Below, in pieces: positions 48,901-62,322 of a stretch of DNA of 64,000 bases (within the stretch, counting starts at the first letter, position 1; each line of letters opens with the position of its first letter). This DNA comes from Amoebidium appalachense (Eukaryota > Protista > Ichthyosporea). The stretch covers positions 3,060,389 through 3,124,388 of the forward strand of contig CAVNZM010000004.1 of NCBI GenBank assembly GCA_963693365.1, given 5' to 3'. The notes under the pieces are model-generated. The model made no database searches. It was not told the DNA's origin and was given only the letters and a program-made list of their open reading frames with translations. A program made the translations under genes and the position numbers.

Positions 48901-50858
48901 AATATAGCCACACAGCTAAAAAGGGGGACCTGGGCGGGATTTTTATGAACCAAGCACCCTCAAATATAGCCACACATTTAAAAGGGGGGGGGCCCGGGTG
49001 GGATTTGTAATGAACCGAGCACCCTCAAAAATAGCCACACAGCTAAAAAGGGGGACCTAGGCGGGATTTTTTTGAATGAACCAAGCACCCTCAATTATAG
49101 CCATACAGCTAAAAAGGGGGACCTGGGCGGGATTTTTAATGAACCGAGCACCCTCAACTATAGCCACCCAGCTAAAAAGGGGGGCCTGGGCGGAATTTAA
49201 AATAAACCAAGTACCCTTAAATATAGCCACACAGCTAAAAAGGGGGTCCTGGGCGGGATTTTTAATGAACCAAGCACCCTCAAATACAGCCACACAGCTT
49301 AAAAAGGGGGACCTGGGCAGCATTTAAAAATTAACCGAGCACCCTCATATATAGCCACACAGCTAAAAAGGGGAACCTGGGCTGGATTTTTAATGAACCA
49401 AGCACCCTCAAATATGGCCACACAGCGCAAAAGGACCTGGGGAGATTTTTAATGAACCGAGTACCCTCAAATATAGCCACACAGCTAAAAAGGGGGACCT
49501 GGGCGGGATTTAAAATGAACCATGCACCCTCAAATAAGCCACACAGCTAAATAAGGGGACCTGGGAGGGATTTATAAGGAACCAAGCACCCTCAAATATA
49601 GCCACAGAGCTAAAAAGGGGGATCTGGGCGGGATTTAAAATGAACCAAGCACCCTCATATATAGCCACATAGCTATAAAGGGGGACCTGGGCGGGATTAG
49701 TAATGAAACGAGCACCCTCAAATATACCACATATCTAAAAAGGGGGACCTGGGCGGGATTTTTAATGAAACGAGCACCCTCAAATATAGCCACACAGCTA
49801 AATAGGGGGACCTGGGCGGGATTTTTTATTGACCAAGCACCCTCAAATATAGTCACACAGTTAAAAGGGGGGACCTGGGCGGGATTTAAATTGAACCAAG
49901 TACCCTCAAATATAGCCACACAGCTTAAAAGGAGGACCTGGGCGGGATTTTTAATGAACCAAGCACCCTACAATATAGCCACACAGCTCAAAAGGGGGAC
50001 CTGGGCAGGATTTTCAATGAACCAAGCACCCTCAAATATAGCTACACAGCTAAAAAGGGGGACCTTGGGGGCGTTTTTAATGAACCGAGCACCCTCAAAT
50101 ATAACCACACAGCTCAAATTTTGGGGGACCTTTGATAAAAGGGGGACCTTGACGGGATTTAAAATGAAGCAAGCACCCTCAAATAAAGCTACACAGCTAA
50201 AAAGGGGGACCTGGCGGGGCGTTTTTAATGAACCGAGCACCCTCAAATATAGCCACACCAACTAAAAAGGGGGACCTGGGCTAAAAAGGGGGACCTAGGC
50301 GGGATTTAATATGAACCGAGCACCCTCAAATATAGCCACACAGCTAAATAAGGGGACCTGGGAGGAATTTTTAAAGAACAAAGCACCCTCAAATATAGCC
50401 ACACAGCTAAAAAGGGGGACCTGCCAGTGGGCGGGATTTGAAATGAACCAAGCACCCTCAAATATAGCCACACATCTAAAAAGGGGGGCCTGGGTGGGAT
50501 TTGTAATGAACCGAGCACCCTGAAATATAGCCACACATCTAAAAATGGGAACCTGGGTGGGATTTGTAATGAACCGAGCCGTGACCCTGAAATATAGCCA
50601 CACATCAAAAAATGGGGACCTGGGCGGGATTTTTTGAATGAACCAAGCACCCTGAAATATAACCACACAGCTAAAAAGGGGGCCCTGGGCGGGATTCTTA
50701 ATGAACCGAGCACCCTCAACTATAGCCACCCAGCTAAAAAGGGGGGACCTGGGTGGGATTTTTAGTTAACCAAGCAACCTGAAATATAGACACTTAGCTA
50801 AAAAGGGGAACCCGGGCGGGATTTAAAATGAACCAAGCACCCTCAAAATTAGCCACAC
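45960..50858. repeat. Satellite array, ~61-62-bp unit (AATGAACC(G/A)AGCACCCTCAAATATAGCCACACAGCTAAAAAGGGGGACCTGGGCGGGATTTTT), roughly 80 copies
   Basis: Continuous degenerate tandem units. The ORFs in this interval are translations of the unit. Confidence 0.95.
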
Positions 50859-51166
50859 CTCCCCCCCCCCCAACAAAAAAAAAAATGAAAAAAAACAAAA
50901 CCAAAAACCCCACACACGTACACCATGAAACATTTGCCTTACCACCTACTAATATTTTGTTCAGTTTTGCAACCTCGAATTGTACGTCTATTAATTGCCG
51001 GTACTATGTGTCAGTCTCACAAGATCCTTACTTTCTTCCTCCTTGGCCCAAGCTTATCACTACACGTATAGTGAATACTCTCCTTTCGTGCTGGCCCCCC
51101 TCAAGAACCCCCCCCCCCCCCCCCCCCCCCCCCCTCCCCTCCCCATACCTTGTACCCTATCTCTCT

Positions 51167-51220
<54 letters not shown>

Positions 51221-51806
51221 ACCACCACCACAAAAAAAAGAAAAAGAAAAAGAAAGAAAGAACCGACAGGTATGCACACATTCCAATTACATTCGGGTGA
51301 AAAAGAGCGAATGATTAATAGCAAGTTATTAGTTGAGCGAGCGAGCGACTGGGGGGTGAACAGACGTGTGTGTGTATGGACGTGCGCGTGGGTGTTTGTG
51401 TCAGTGACAGACTCACACACACAGAAAAACGCCACCATCTTGCACACACCCATGCACATACACAGACACTTTCAGAGTAAGTACGAACACTAGGCACAAA
51501 AAGAAGTTCACGCGGCCCAGCGCGGTTGACAATTTTTCGCTCAACATTTTATTCACGATTACATCCTAAATTCCAGACGATAGCGTATGACTACGAAAAT
51601 CACATACACGTGCTTGTGATATATTTGCATGACCCTGTGTCTATGTGCTTGTGCATATCTATATACCTTTGCCTGCGCTTCTCTCTCTCTCCCCCTGTGT
51701 GTGTGTGCATGGGCCCACACGTACCTGTACATGTGCTTGTGTGTGTCTCTGTTTATGTGCGTGTGATGTGTGTGTTTGACTTTGGTGTGTGTGTGTGTGT
51801 GTGTGC

Positions 51807-51878
<72 letters not shown>

Positions 51879-52120
51879 GCGTTTGTGCGCTTACACTTAA
51901 GCGCACGCAGGCGCTTTGGAAAAAAAGCCTTACAAATCCAGAAAACTGTACAAAATTACTATCCATAAATGCACACCAATCTAGCGAAATAGGAATGAAT
52001 CGACAGAAACGATATAGAACGAAAAAAATACAAATAAAATGGCATTTTACCGATTAGGAGAGCGGACTCGAAGAATTAAACGACAAATCACAGAAATTAA
52101 AAAGGATGCAATGTTGAGCA

Positions 52121-52153
<33 letters not shown>

Positions 52154-52177
52154 ACCCAACCCACGCACACACGAAAA

Positions 52178-52217
<40 letters not shown>

Positions 52218-52292
52218 AACATAACTTTACGAAAATGGGTAAGGATTACACTTGGATACCCCAGATACCCCATATACCCCATAGCCCTACAC

Positions 52293-52674
52293 TCATTTCC
52301 CCCCCGCCACCTGCGCCCATTCCCTCTCCACCTTTGGGCACATCTGCACGGTCACCCCTACAGATCTCAGCTGTAGCCAGTGTGCACCCAGATCGGCAAG
52401 GGGGCCTAGATCGGCCAATAGGGTGAGGCCTTTAAGCTCCAATCGGGTCAGCTGACTGCATGCGACTATGGGGGTGAGATCACGGATGGACAGGCGGGAG
52501 AGGTGGAGTTGCTGTAGAGACACACAGGCGGTCAGGGGTGCTACACTGCTGACCTGTGGTGGTGGGTGTGAGGAAAAGAGGGGGGTAGGGTGTGGGGTAG
52601 AGGGTGGGTGTCACGGTGTGCTTGCGAGATTGTGTAAATGTGTGTGTGTGGGTGTAGTGGTAGTGTGGATGTGC

Positions 52675-52732
<58 letters not shown>

Positions 52733-52733
52733 T

Positions 52734-52765
<32 letters not shown>

Positions 52766-53519
52766 GGGGAGATACATAATTTTGGATCATGAAGAGAGGA
52801 GGTGGGGGCAGGAGGGGCGGGGAGGGAGGGGGGGGGGAAGGGGTCAGGGGGGTTAGGTGGGTAGGTGGAAGGCAGAGGGTTCGAGCGAAAAGGGGGGAGA
52901 AGGGCGGGGGAGGGGGGGGATGAGACACACGTGTCAGTTGGCATTTCTTCACTTGCCACTTAATCATCTGTAGCCACAACTGTCCCATACCTTCGACAAC
53001 TCTCTCAAGCCCCCCCCCCCCCCCCCCCCCTCCCCCCCCCCCCCCCCCCCCTCCCCCCCTCTTCGCCCAAAAGCCACCACCACCACCACCACCACCACCA
53101 AACCCACGGGAATCCAAAATGAATCAACTCCACCGTGGCCTCTCCGCCCATTGGACCTCCACCCAAACACACGAACACAGCCCACATATAGGAGCTGTCG
53201 CTATGAGAGGATGAGGGACAGGCACCGACATGGGTGGCGGGTTCAAACGTATCAGGACTTCGGCAGAAGCAGGGAAGGCATGAGCAAGCGCAGCGGGTGA
53301 GGAGTAGAAAGGGGGGGGTGGGGATGAGAGGGGCCATTGTTGTCTACGTGGTAGCATGTTCGTGTGCATGCATGAAAATAGGTGGATAGGTGGGTGGGTG
53401 GGGGAAAGGGAGAGGGAGAGGGAGAGGGGGGGGGGGGGGGGGGAGGTGTGTGTATGTGTGTGTGAGTGTGAGTGTGTGTGTGTGTGAGTGTGTGAGTGAG
53501 TGTGTGAGTGAGTGAGTGA

Positions 53520-53580
<61 letters not shown>

Positions 53581-55774
53581 GGTGTGTGGAGGAGGAAGAG
53601 GTGGTGGTGAGTGTGGATGGCGGGCAGGGACCGAAAGGGTGGGGTAGTTGTGTGCGTGTGTGTGTGTGTGGAAGGGGGGGTTTGAATGCGTCAAAAAGTA
53701 CGAAGTACACAAGAACAAACGGATAACACGATGCAGAATGCAAGCCATACACAAAGAGTATGCAGAATAAGCAGAGCCCATCCTCAGGGGGGGCCCACGT
53801 CATCCACAGTACCCGAGTTTCGACCTATTCACCTCGTTAACGAAACCCAACTCAGATACTGTTTCACGGGGGGAGAGGCCTACCGTCGGGGCATGCAGGT
53901 GGAGGGAGGTGAGGGCAGTGCAAGCAGTCAGGGGGCTGAGGTCGGTCAGGCCATCCCCCCACAGCGTGGCATGCTGCAGCCCAGGCTGGCCCTAGGCACA
54001 TGCAGGAAGTGGATTAGGCCACACGGACACACAGAGGGGGAGACAGCTGCACCCGGTGCCTTGCCTGTTATTCAACACTGCACCTCACCCACAATACCGT
54101 TGATACCGTGTACACGGTGATATCACACACACACCACTTCACCACCCACACAACTGCTTCACACTTAATAGCCTTTCCTAATTTTCATCCAACACCCACA
54201 CACCCCCCCCCCCCCCCCCCCCCCTCCCCCCCCCCTCTCCCCTCCTCTCTCCCCACTCCCCCCCCCCCCCCCCCCCCCGGCCCCCCGCTCCCCCCGCGCC
54301 CCCTGTTCCCAACCAGCCACCCACCTCTGTCCTCCTTGCACACTCGCCAACAGGAGCCAAATTGCTGATATTGGCCAATCGCAGATCTCGGATACCTTTG
54401 CACGACCCAATAGCATCGAAGCATGCCAACTCCCCGTCGTTTCTCGATATGGCAAGCAGCCGGATTCCCTCCTGCCCCTTAAGGGCATCGAAATTTGTCA
54501 TATTGCTGCAATCTGCAATTCTGACTGTGCGAAGGTTCCCCCCGGGGGCGAGAACCAACGTGGTGGCAGGTAGCCATCGGAGCCGAAGTGTTTGTAGCTG
54601 TGTTAGTGTGGCGAGGGGGGTCAAATCGTGCAAATGTGCACAATTTACGAAGGTCAGGTGACGGATAGGCAGGCCGGATATGGGGCTAATGTCGTTTAGA
54701 TGGAACCCCCACACCTCGAGGTCCGTTAATGTGCATAGTCTTTCCGCTCCAATCAAATATCTCCCCGGATAATTGAACAAAATCAACTTGCGAATGGATC
54801 CCCCCAACCACTGCAAATCTTCCATTTCGTTTTCTGTGTTGTAGTGCAAAGTGGCGGTATCTAGCCGAGTATGGTCCCGTATCCATACTTTTGCAGCCGC
54901 AGACTCATCCACCTCTGCGGTTGTGAGCGTAGTGAGGGACGGAAGTGGGTCATCGAAAATATAGTATGGAACCCCCCTGGTTGACGTAAATTGGAGCGTC
55001 AACTTTGCCAGCTCTGTGTGCTTGGTTAAACCACTCATAGCCAGGGGGGCACACAGCCCATCCGGTCTGCTTAACATCTCGACCTTGCCAATTTCGAGTG
55101 AGGTGATGTGAGGCGCCGAGTCCAAAAACGAAAACGATGCGCCTGCCTGTGCCTGTATTGTTCCGATTACAATCCGTCGCAGCGTTGGTGGAAATGGATA
55201 GGGCTGGGTGTCGACATGTATCTGCTCCAAACGTAGGGTGGTCAGGTGCCGGCAGTGACTTAGGGCCCACAGTGTAAACCCCTTGGCGCCATAACTCAGT
55301 GTGTTAACTGCGTGCGTGCTGGTGAGATAGAACCACTCTAGCCGGGCACCCACTATGCTCAAAAACTCACACACGGGTTGCGTAGGGTCTTGATCTAAAG
55401 CAGTAACGTTATCTATGGAAAGTTGCACGGCACGGAGGTGAGGAAGGGCACGGGCAAACGCGACCACGCCACCACTCCGTGCAACGTTTTCGTTTTCGAG
55501 ATACTGTGTGAGGTGCGTGAAGTAGATCCTTAAACCGGTAACCATACCACCCAGACCACCATCCAATATCATGTCTGGTACTCTATTGAGGTGGTCGTTT
55601 GTTAGTGTAAACGTGCCGGCCCGGCCCGATAGTGTGAGGGTTCTCAGGTGCCTGCAGGCGCTACCGAGGGATAGGCGGTCACTGAGGGGTAGCCAGGACA
55701 GAAGGCCAGAGAGTAACTCGTCCGGTAGACCCAGCAACTCACACGGTAGCTCTGCAGGGGAAAAAACAAAAGGG

Positions 55775-55806
<32 letters not shown>

Positions 55807-56235
55807 AGAAGGGAAAAAACATTTAGCAAGCCAGCACTGACATTTAAGGAGAAGGAATTTGCAAACGAAGGGGGGGGAGGGGGGGAGGGGGGGGGGGAGG
55901 GCAGGGGGTGTTAGAATATTGCCAGGTAACCAAACAAATGCGGGTAAGTGTGCACGAGTTGGTGTGTGTGTATGAGGTGTCTGTGCTTATGTGTGTGTAT
56001 GCGTGAGTGGTGAAGGTGATTGGTGGTGGGTGGGTGGGTGGGTTGGAAAGGGGGAAGGGGAAGGGGAAAAAAAAAGGGGGGGGGGGGGGGGGGGGGGGAA
56101 ATGGGGGGGAGGACATTCTGCAGCCTTGAAAACTACACTTTCTTGTCGTGCCTTGTTCAAAACATCTCTGGGCAGTATATCTAGCATGAGTCTGCTTGAC
56201 ACATCTTCCTCCTTTTCCCTCCTCCCTCCCTCCCT

Positions 56236-56284
<49 letters not shown>

Positions 56285-56451
56285 CCCCCCCCCCCCCCCC
56301 CCTCTCTCTCTCTCCCTCTCTCCCCCTCCCTCCCCGTAAACCAACATGCATACATAATCCCCCCCCCCCCCCCCCCCACACACACACCACACATCCCTGA
56401 ACTAATGCACGCGTAAAATTCCCGTCCCCCCCTTCATTCACCCCCCCTCAG

Positions 56452-56499
<48 letters not shown>

Positions 56500-56634
56500 C
56501 CCCCCTCACTTCACCGCTTGAACCCTAATCGTCAATTCCCCTTCTTCTTTTTTTTCCCCCTCTCCAAGGTCCAAGGCGCTCTCTTTCATTTTCTCTCTTC
56601 TCTTCCTCCCTCCCTCCCTCCCTCCCTCTCCCTC

Positions 56635-56681
<47 letters not shown>

Positions 56682-56751
56682 CTCTCAAACACTCCCTCCC
56701 TTACTTCCTCCCTTCCTCCCTCCACGCTCTCTCTCTCTCTCTCTCTCTCTC

Positions 56752-56802
<51 letters not shown>

Positions 56803-57176
56803 ACCCACCCCCTTGCCTACCTCCCTCCCTACCTCCCTCCCTCTCCCTTCCTCCTTCAGTCCCTCCCTCCCTTCCTCCCTCTCTCTCTATCGCCCCCCCC
56901 CCCCCCCCCCCCCCCCCCCTCTCTATATATATCTCTCTGTTCCTCTCTCTCTCTCCGTCCCCCCCCCATCCCCCCCCCCATCCCCCCCGCCCCCTCTGTT
57001 TCTCTGTCCTCTCTCTTCCATGCCAAGGCCAAGTTTGCCAAAAGAAACCCCATCGCTCCTTTTTGCTAAACAAACGCCCACCTATCCCCGCCTCCCCTGA
57101 CACCACTTACCCCCCTCCCCCTCCCCCCTCCAGCCACACTCCCCCACCCGTCCCCACCCTCCAACGACGCACTCAT
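52293..57176 (-). CDS. F-box/leucine-rich-repeat protein, exons 57176-57158 (tentative), 55751-54325, 53991-53884, 52553-52293 (~604 aa)
   Basis: F-box LLGLPDELLSGLLSWLPLSDRLSLGSACRHLR. LRRs such as LHDLTPLATLTQLQTLRL, LTDLSPLTACTALTSLHL and IRDLTPIVACSQLTRLEL. GT-AG junctions are in frame. Confidence 0.82.
53681..53867 (-). mobile_element. Full-length SINE-like copy between G-runs in the last F-box/LRR intron
   Basis: Near-identical to 29276-29462 and flanked by G-runs on both sides. Confidence 0.9.
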
Positions 57177-57994
57177 ACGTGCGAAGTATGGCCCCTTCGT
57201 AAATGTCTTGTTTGTCTCTTCCCGCTCTCCCTTTTCCCTTTGCAGGCCCTCAGATCACCTTAACATGCAATGGATTGCTGAAAAAAAAGAGCGCTGCACA
57301 GACAGAAGCATCCACACGCCTACCGCTGTAATAGAGCAGGTGTTCTCCGAAACTTTCTCCCTACCTTCCAAGTGCGAACTTGGACCTCCCAGACCCTTGT
57401 CGTCTGCCATTATATCCACGCGAAGTGGGCCTACTGCATAAGGTTTCCAATGGCATACAAATAGTTCTCGTTTGTCGTGTATCGTTATGTGTATAGCTGC
57501 ATCTATGTTGTACGAGCGCCACGGTGTGGGTAGTGGTAGCCTACAATACGAACTGCAAAGTTGCTTTCCTCAAAGTTTCCGGATCCTGCGGACTCCCTGC
57601 CTCAAAGCGAATTCGGGCAAAGTGCGTACGTACTACAAAAATGGCACCGTTACAAAACCCTCTACAAAACCCTCTCAGTACGTAGTCTCCAAGGCTATGT
57701 ACCCGCTGGCTTACGTAAGTGCCTAGGCCGGCCCTACTACGCTGGCGGGACGTCTCCCGCCGGGTCTATGAGGCTGTATTCACGAATCAAATTGCTCAGT
57801 GATCCTTGATCTGTTACATGATCTGTATTCATCAATCAGATAGCCCTTATAATTTGTAAATTTAAATTAAAAATAACAAATTGGCCTGTTAAAATGCCTA
57901 GACAAATATATCATGTCTTTTGTTTACTATTTGTTTTCTAATTTTAACAGATTTGCGTATTTTTGAACCAACCATAAATTAGATAAATAAATGC

Positions 57995-58029
57995 CGTGAC
58001 GTCACGATCGAACATTGTCTAATGACGTG
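57995..58029. promoter_or_regulatory. CRE/ATF-type sites between the divergent F-box and YIPF5 genes
   Basis: 12-bp palindrome CGTGACGTCACG at 57995-58006 and TGACGTG at 58023. Confidence 0.4.
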
Positions 58030-58587
58030 CAACATAGGGGGGAAAAAAAGAAGAAGAAGAAGAGGAGACAGCACTCAGACGGTGACTACGATCTGGACCA
58101 AGGCCTGGCTGTTCATTTTCACGCACATCCAGTGAACTCGCATAGCTTTCCACCGAAAAAGGACAATCTTGTATCATGAATTTAAAAAGATAAAGCAGTC
58201 TTGGTTTCATTTATAACTCCGACTAAAGCCGAGACCAATTAGTGGTATTATGGGATTGGTGTTTGAAAAAGAATGTTTTACTGCTTTCGCCCTCATACCG
58301 TCGCTAACGTAACATTTCCGTCACGGCCAGCTCAAGCCGCTCTCTCGACCGGCCCATGGGAAGAAAACAGCCCGGCCAGAATACTAAACACTAAACAACA
58401 AGCATCCACCAAGCTGCCTTCCTTTGTTTTGTACTGCTTTTTGACCAAGCTAAGCCAACGCCGTCGGTAAACCCTGACGAACCTTTCTTTTGTTGGCCAA
58501 GATTTCGATTCAGCCGCACCTTCCAGCCCCTCTTCTTCCTTTTCCTCATAGGCAAAGTTTGAAAGCACAAAAACTTACACCAGCAAC

Positions 58588-60061
58588 ATGGCATATTACA
58601 ACCCGAGCGCACACCAAGGGGGCGGAGGACAGGGAGGGATGTATGACCAACTGCAGTTTCAGGACTTTTCAGGTGGCTACGGACAGGTAAGCGGTTGTGT
58701 GCTGTGTGTGAGAAGGGCTGTGTTTTTGTTGTCTCACAACTCTGTTGTGGTTGTAAACACAGGGTTTTTGTGTGGAGTTGTGTATGACGATGGATAGAAG
58801 TTGTCGAGGCGCTATTGAATACGTATTTCTTTGTTACGCTGAGTGGTTGTGGCTTGCAGAGGGGGAAATTGGAGTGAGAGAGGGAGCAAGGAGGGCTATA
58901 CATGCGTTTGTATAAGGAGAAAAACGCAAGGGGAAGAAGAGTTGGGGGAGGGAAAGGGTAGGGGAAGGGGGGGGGAGGGGGGGGCGCGGGGGGCGGAAAA
59001 TAGAGTTGGCGGGAATGGTGGTGGTGGTGCTGGGGGAGGGAGCAGGGGGGGGGGGGGTGTGTGCGTGCGTGTGTGGGTGGAAGGGAAGGAATCAAGACCA
59101 GGGAAGCCAGATGGTAGAGAGTACAAAAACAAGACGTGGCGCCCCGGGGAAGGGGGGGGGGGGGGGGGGGGGGGGGGGTACAACCACGGGGAAAAAAAAA
59201 ACAAAATTGTAGACATTACCAATAATCTATGTTAACAAGCTAACACATGTACCGCAGCAAGCAGCCACACCATACGGCCAAGGGGCTGGTTCGTTTGGGG
59301 CTGCACCTGGCTTTGGCGACCCAAGTGCAGGTTAGTGACTCAGGTGGCGGACACATATTCATGTGTGTGCACTAGCTGGTTGTAGGCGGCACTGGAATAC
59401 AGATATAAGAGGAGGTTTGCTCGCCTGTGTGCTACGTAGGAGACCATTAGTGCACACGAACACAAGAACAACCGTGGGGCCCCTCCCCACACCCCACCCC
59501 CACCCACAAACACACACAAACAGACACACCCACACATACCGCAGCTCACCTTGTTGTAAGGGCTTGTTCCCCTCGCCCTCCGCCCCCCCCCCCCCCCCCC
59601 CCTTCCCCCCCATCCCACTCCCCTCCTCTCCCACACACAAACACACACATGAACGCATGCAGGCATGCACACACCTGCACACACACACATAAACACACGT
59701 ACCCATCCACCCACACACACCCAGCAACCCTCCCCCGCTCCCCCTCCCCCTCCCCTCACACACACACACTCAACATGCAAAAGCAAACACACAGGGTAGT
59801 TTGCTCGCATAACAACAAAAGCACGTGCATGCATAGCTACTCCAAAGCACACACACCCCCGTCCCTTCCCCCCCCCCCTCCCCCCCCCCCTCCCCTCCGG
59901 CTCCGCTTCACACACAGGTTCGGATATTAAAAGCCTGCATACCCCTCCCGCTGAATCTATTGTGAGGTTTCATATACGGTGTGATCGTGCTTGCATGCCA
60001 CTGTGTCGTTCACCGTGACCCTCTTATCACTGTCTGTGTACGTCATACTATCACCATCACA

Positions 60062-60097
<36 letters not shown>

Positions 60098-60997
60098 CGC
60101 CTCCCCCTACCCGTCTTCCCTTTCTTCGCCGTGCCCCTCTTTCACTGTCTGTGTACCTCATACTATGCACCACATCCTCCCCTCTCCCCCTTGCCCCTCC
60201 CTTCTCCCCCCTCCCCCTCCCTTTCCCCTCATACTACTCCTCTTCCCTTTCTTGTTTCTTTGCACCTCATACCGTGCACCACATTCTACAGTCCAGTCCT
60301 ATCCTGCTGTTGCTAACTTCTAGGCCACAGGGTCAGGATCCATGTTCCAGCAGCCAGAGTACACCACATATGATGATGAGCCCCCACTGCTGGAAGGTGG
60401 GTCAGGGTGGAGGATGCAAAGAGCTAGGGGTGAATAGGATGTAGAAGATTTGGGGAGCGAGGGGCGTTTCTGTGGGCTGGGTGGATGATATAAGTGAGGA
60501 GCTAGGGGTGTATCGGATTGGTGGGTGGAAGATATAATTGAGGTACTAAGGGTATTTTGGGTGCATGGTGGAAGAAGATATAAGAAACCAGGGTGTTATG
60601 TGTGGGTGGGGTTTATGCTTCACCGTAGTGACCTTCTTGCTACAAATGCACATGGGGGTGGCTAATGGTTTGCTGACGCAAACATCCAACAGAGCTGGAA
60701 ATCAACTTCGATCAGATTAAACATAAGGTGGGTTTACTCCCATGCCTTTTCTTCGCCATGTGCATTTGTCTCTGATCTGTGTCTGTGTGTTTGTGTGCGT
60801 GCATGCGTGCGTCCGTGCAGGCGTGCGTGTGTGCGTGACGTGCGTGCGTGCGTGCGTGCGTCCGTGCGTGCGTGCGTGTTGGGGGGGGGGAGGGGGTTAT
60901 GCAAACACATCCCTACGTCCTTGGTTGTTGGTTGCATGCATACCGAGAGTCACTTATGCATACACACACACAAACACACGCGACACACACATCGTGG

Positions 60998-61030
<33 letters not shown>

Positions 61031-61268
61031 ACGCACAAACCGTGGCAAACACACATACACATACACACACACAAACATACACATCATATGGGACACACCC
61101 AAACACATAGGACATACATGATGCAGTGTGTAAGTGTAAGTGCTTACGTGTAATGCTCAAGCACACGTACGCTCATCCCATCCTTACAACCGTACTAGTA
61201 CCTACTACACGATGCACATTCACCAAACAGCAATCTCCTAGTCTCTCTCCCCTCTCCTCCTTACCCCA

Positions 61269-61311
<43 letters not shown>

Positions 61312-61578
61312 AAAAGACCCCCGCCACCCACCCACCCACCCCCTCCCTGGGGTTCGTTGCAAGCGTGCGCTTCGTACTTAGTAGCATTCCCCCCCCCCCC
61401 CCCCCCCCCCCTGGCCCCCCATCTGTCCCTCCCCTTTCCCTTCTCCCTCCCCCTCTGCATCCCACTCTACACCCACCCTTCACTCCCTCACTCCCTCCCC
61501 CCCGGCTCTGCTTAGAACGCATCCTGTTGTGTTGACTGTTGTGAATTTGTACTTCGTTCTGTCTAAGCACATGGTCCC

Positions 61579-61609
<31 letters not shown>

Positions 61610-61633
61610 TTCCCCCTTTCCCCAACCCACCCA

Positions 61634-61699
<66 letters not shown>

Positions 61700-62272
61700 C
61701 ACACACCACTACACACACACACCCCTGACTGCTATCACCCCCCAGGCGCTGCTAGCGCTCAACCCCATGATACCCGGGGAGGCCAATCTGATGGACGACA
61801 CAGACTTGGCCGGCCCTCTTCTTTTCTGCCTTGCCTACGGCGGGTTTTTGTTGCTGGTACGTGTGTGAGCTGTGGGTGATTGCACGTGTGTTCACGCTTT
61901 TGCGTGATAAGGTGATTGTGTGGATGGCTGTCATGCGTGTTTGGGCATGTGTTTGTGGTTACCTTGTGTACTTGTGCTTGGCTGTGTGTGTTCTTGCTTT
62001 TTTGAATGCTTGGGGTGTGTCGTGTGCTGTGCCTATGACGTGCACTGCTCCCGTATTGATGAGCCAATGGGCATGGGGGTGGGCCGTTGATTTATACATA
62101 GAAGGGCCATATTTGAGGTGTCAGTGTAGTGGAGGGCGGGGGGGTGGAGAGGAGAAAGACACGGGGGTCATTATATTGATTGCGTGGGTGGGTGGGGGCG
62201 GGTGTGTGTTTTTTGGGTGGGTGGGTGGGTGGGGTTGGGGTGGTGGTGGTGGTGGTGGTGTGTGTGTGTGGT

Positions 62273-62322
<50 letters not shown>

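Noticed and set aside
45960-50858. CRISPR-like array or repeat-protein genes (MNQAPSNIATQLKRGTWAGF ORFs)
   Set aside because: The whole unit repeats with no unique spacers, no cas genes are present, the context is eukaryotic, and frames are broken by frequent indels.
54340-54350. GC donor (G|GCGAGT) ending the main F-box exon
   Set aside because: Its phase is incompatible with the next LRR exon, whereas the GT donor at 54324 keeps the frame.
57744-57761. GC-rich hairpin GGCGGGA-CGTC-TCCCGCC as a Helitron end or terminator
   Set aside because: No correctly placed CTRR/T junction or U-tract, and it is a single instance.
60421-60560. GAGCTAGGGGTG (ELGV) motifs after YIPF5 exon 3 as alternative exons
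   Set aside because: They belong to a degenerate local repeat, lack branch point and acceptor support, and run into stops. The true exon is 60693-60727.
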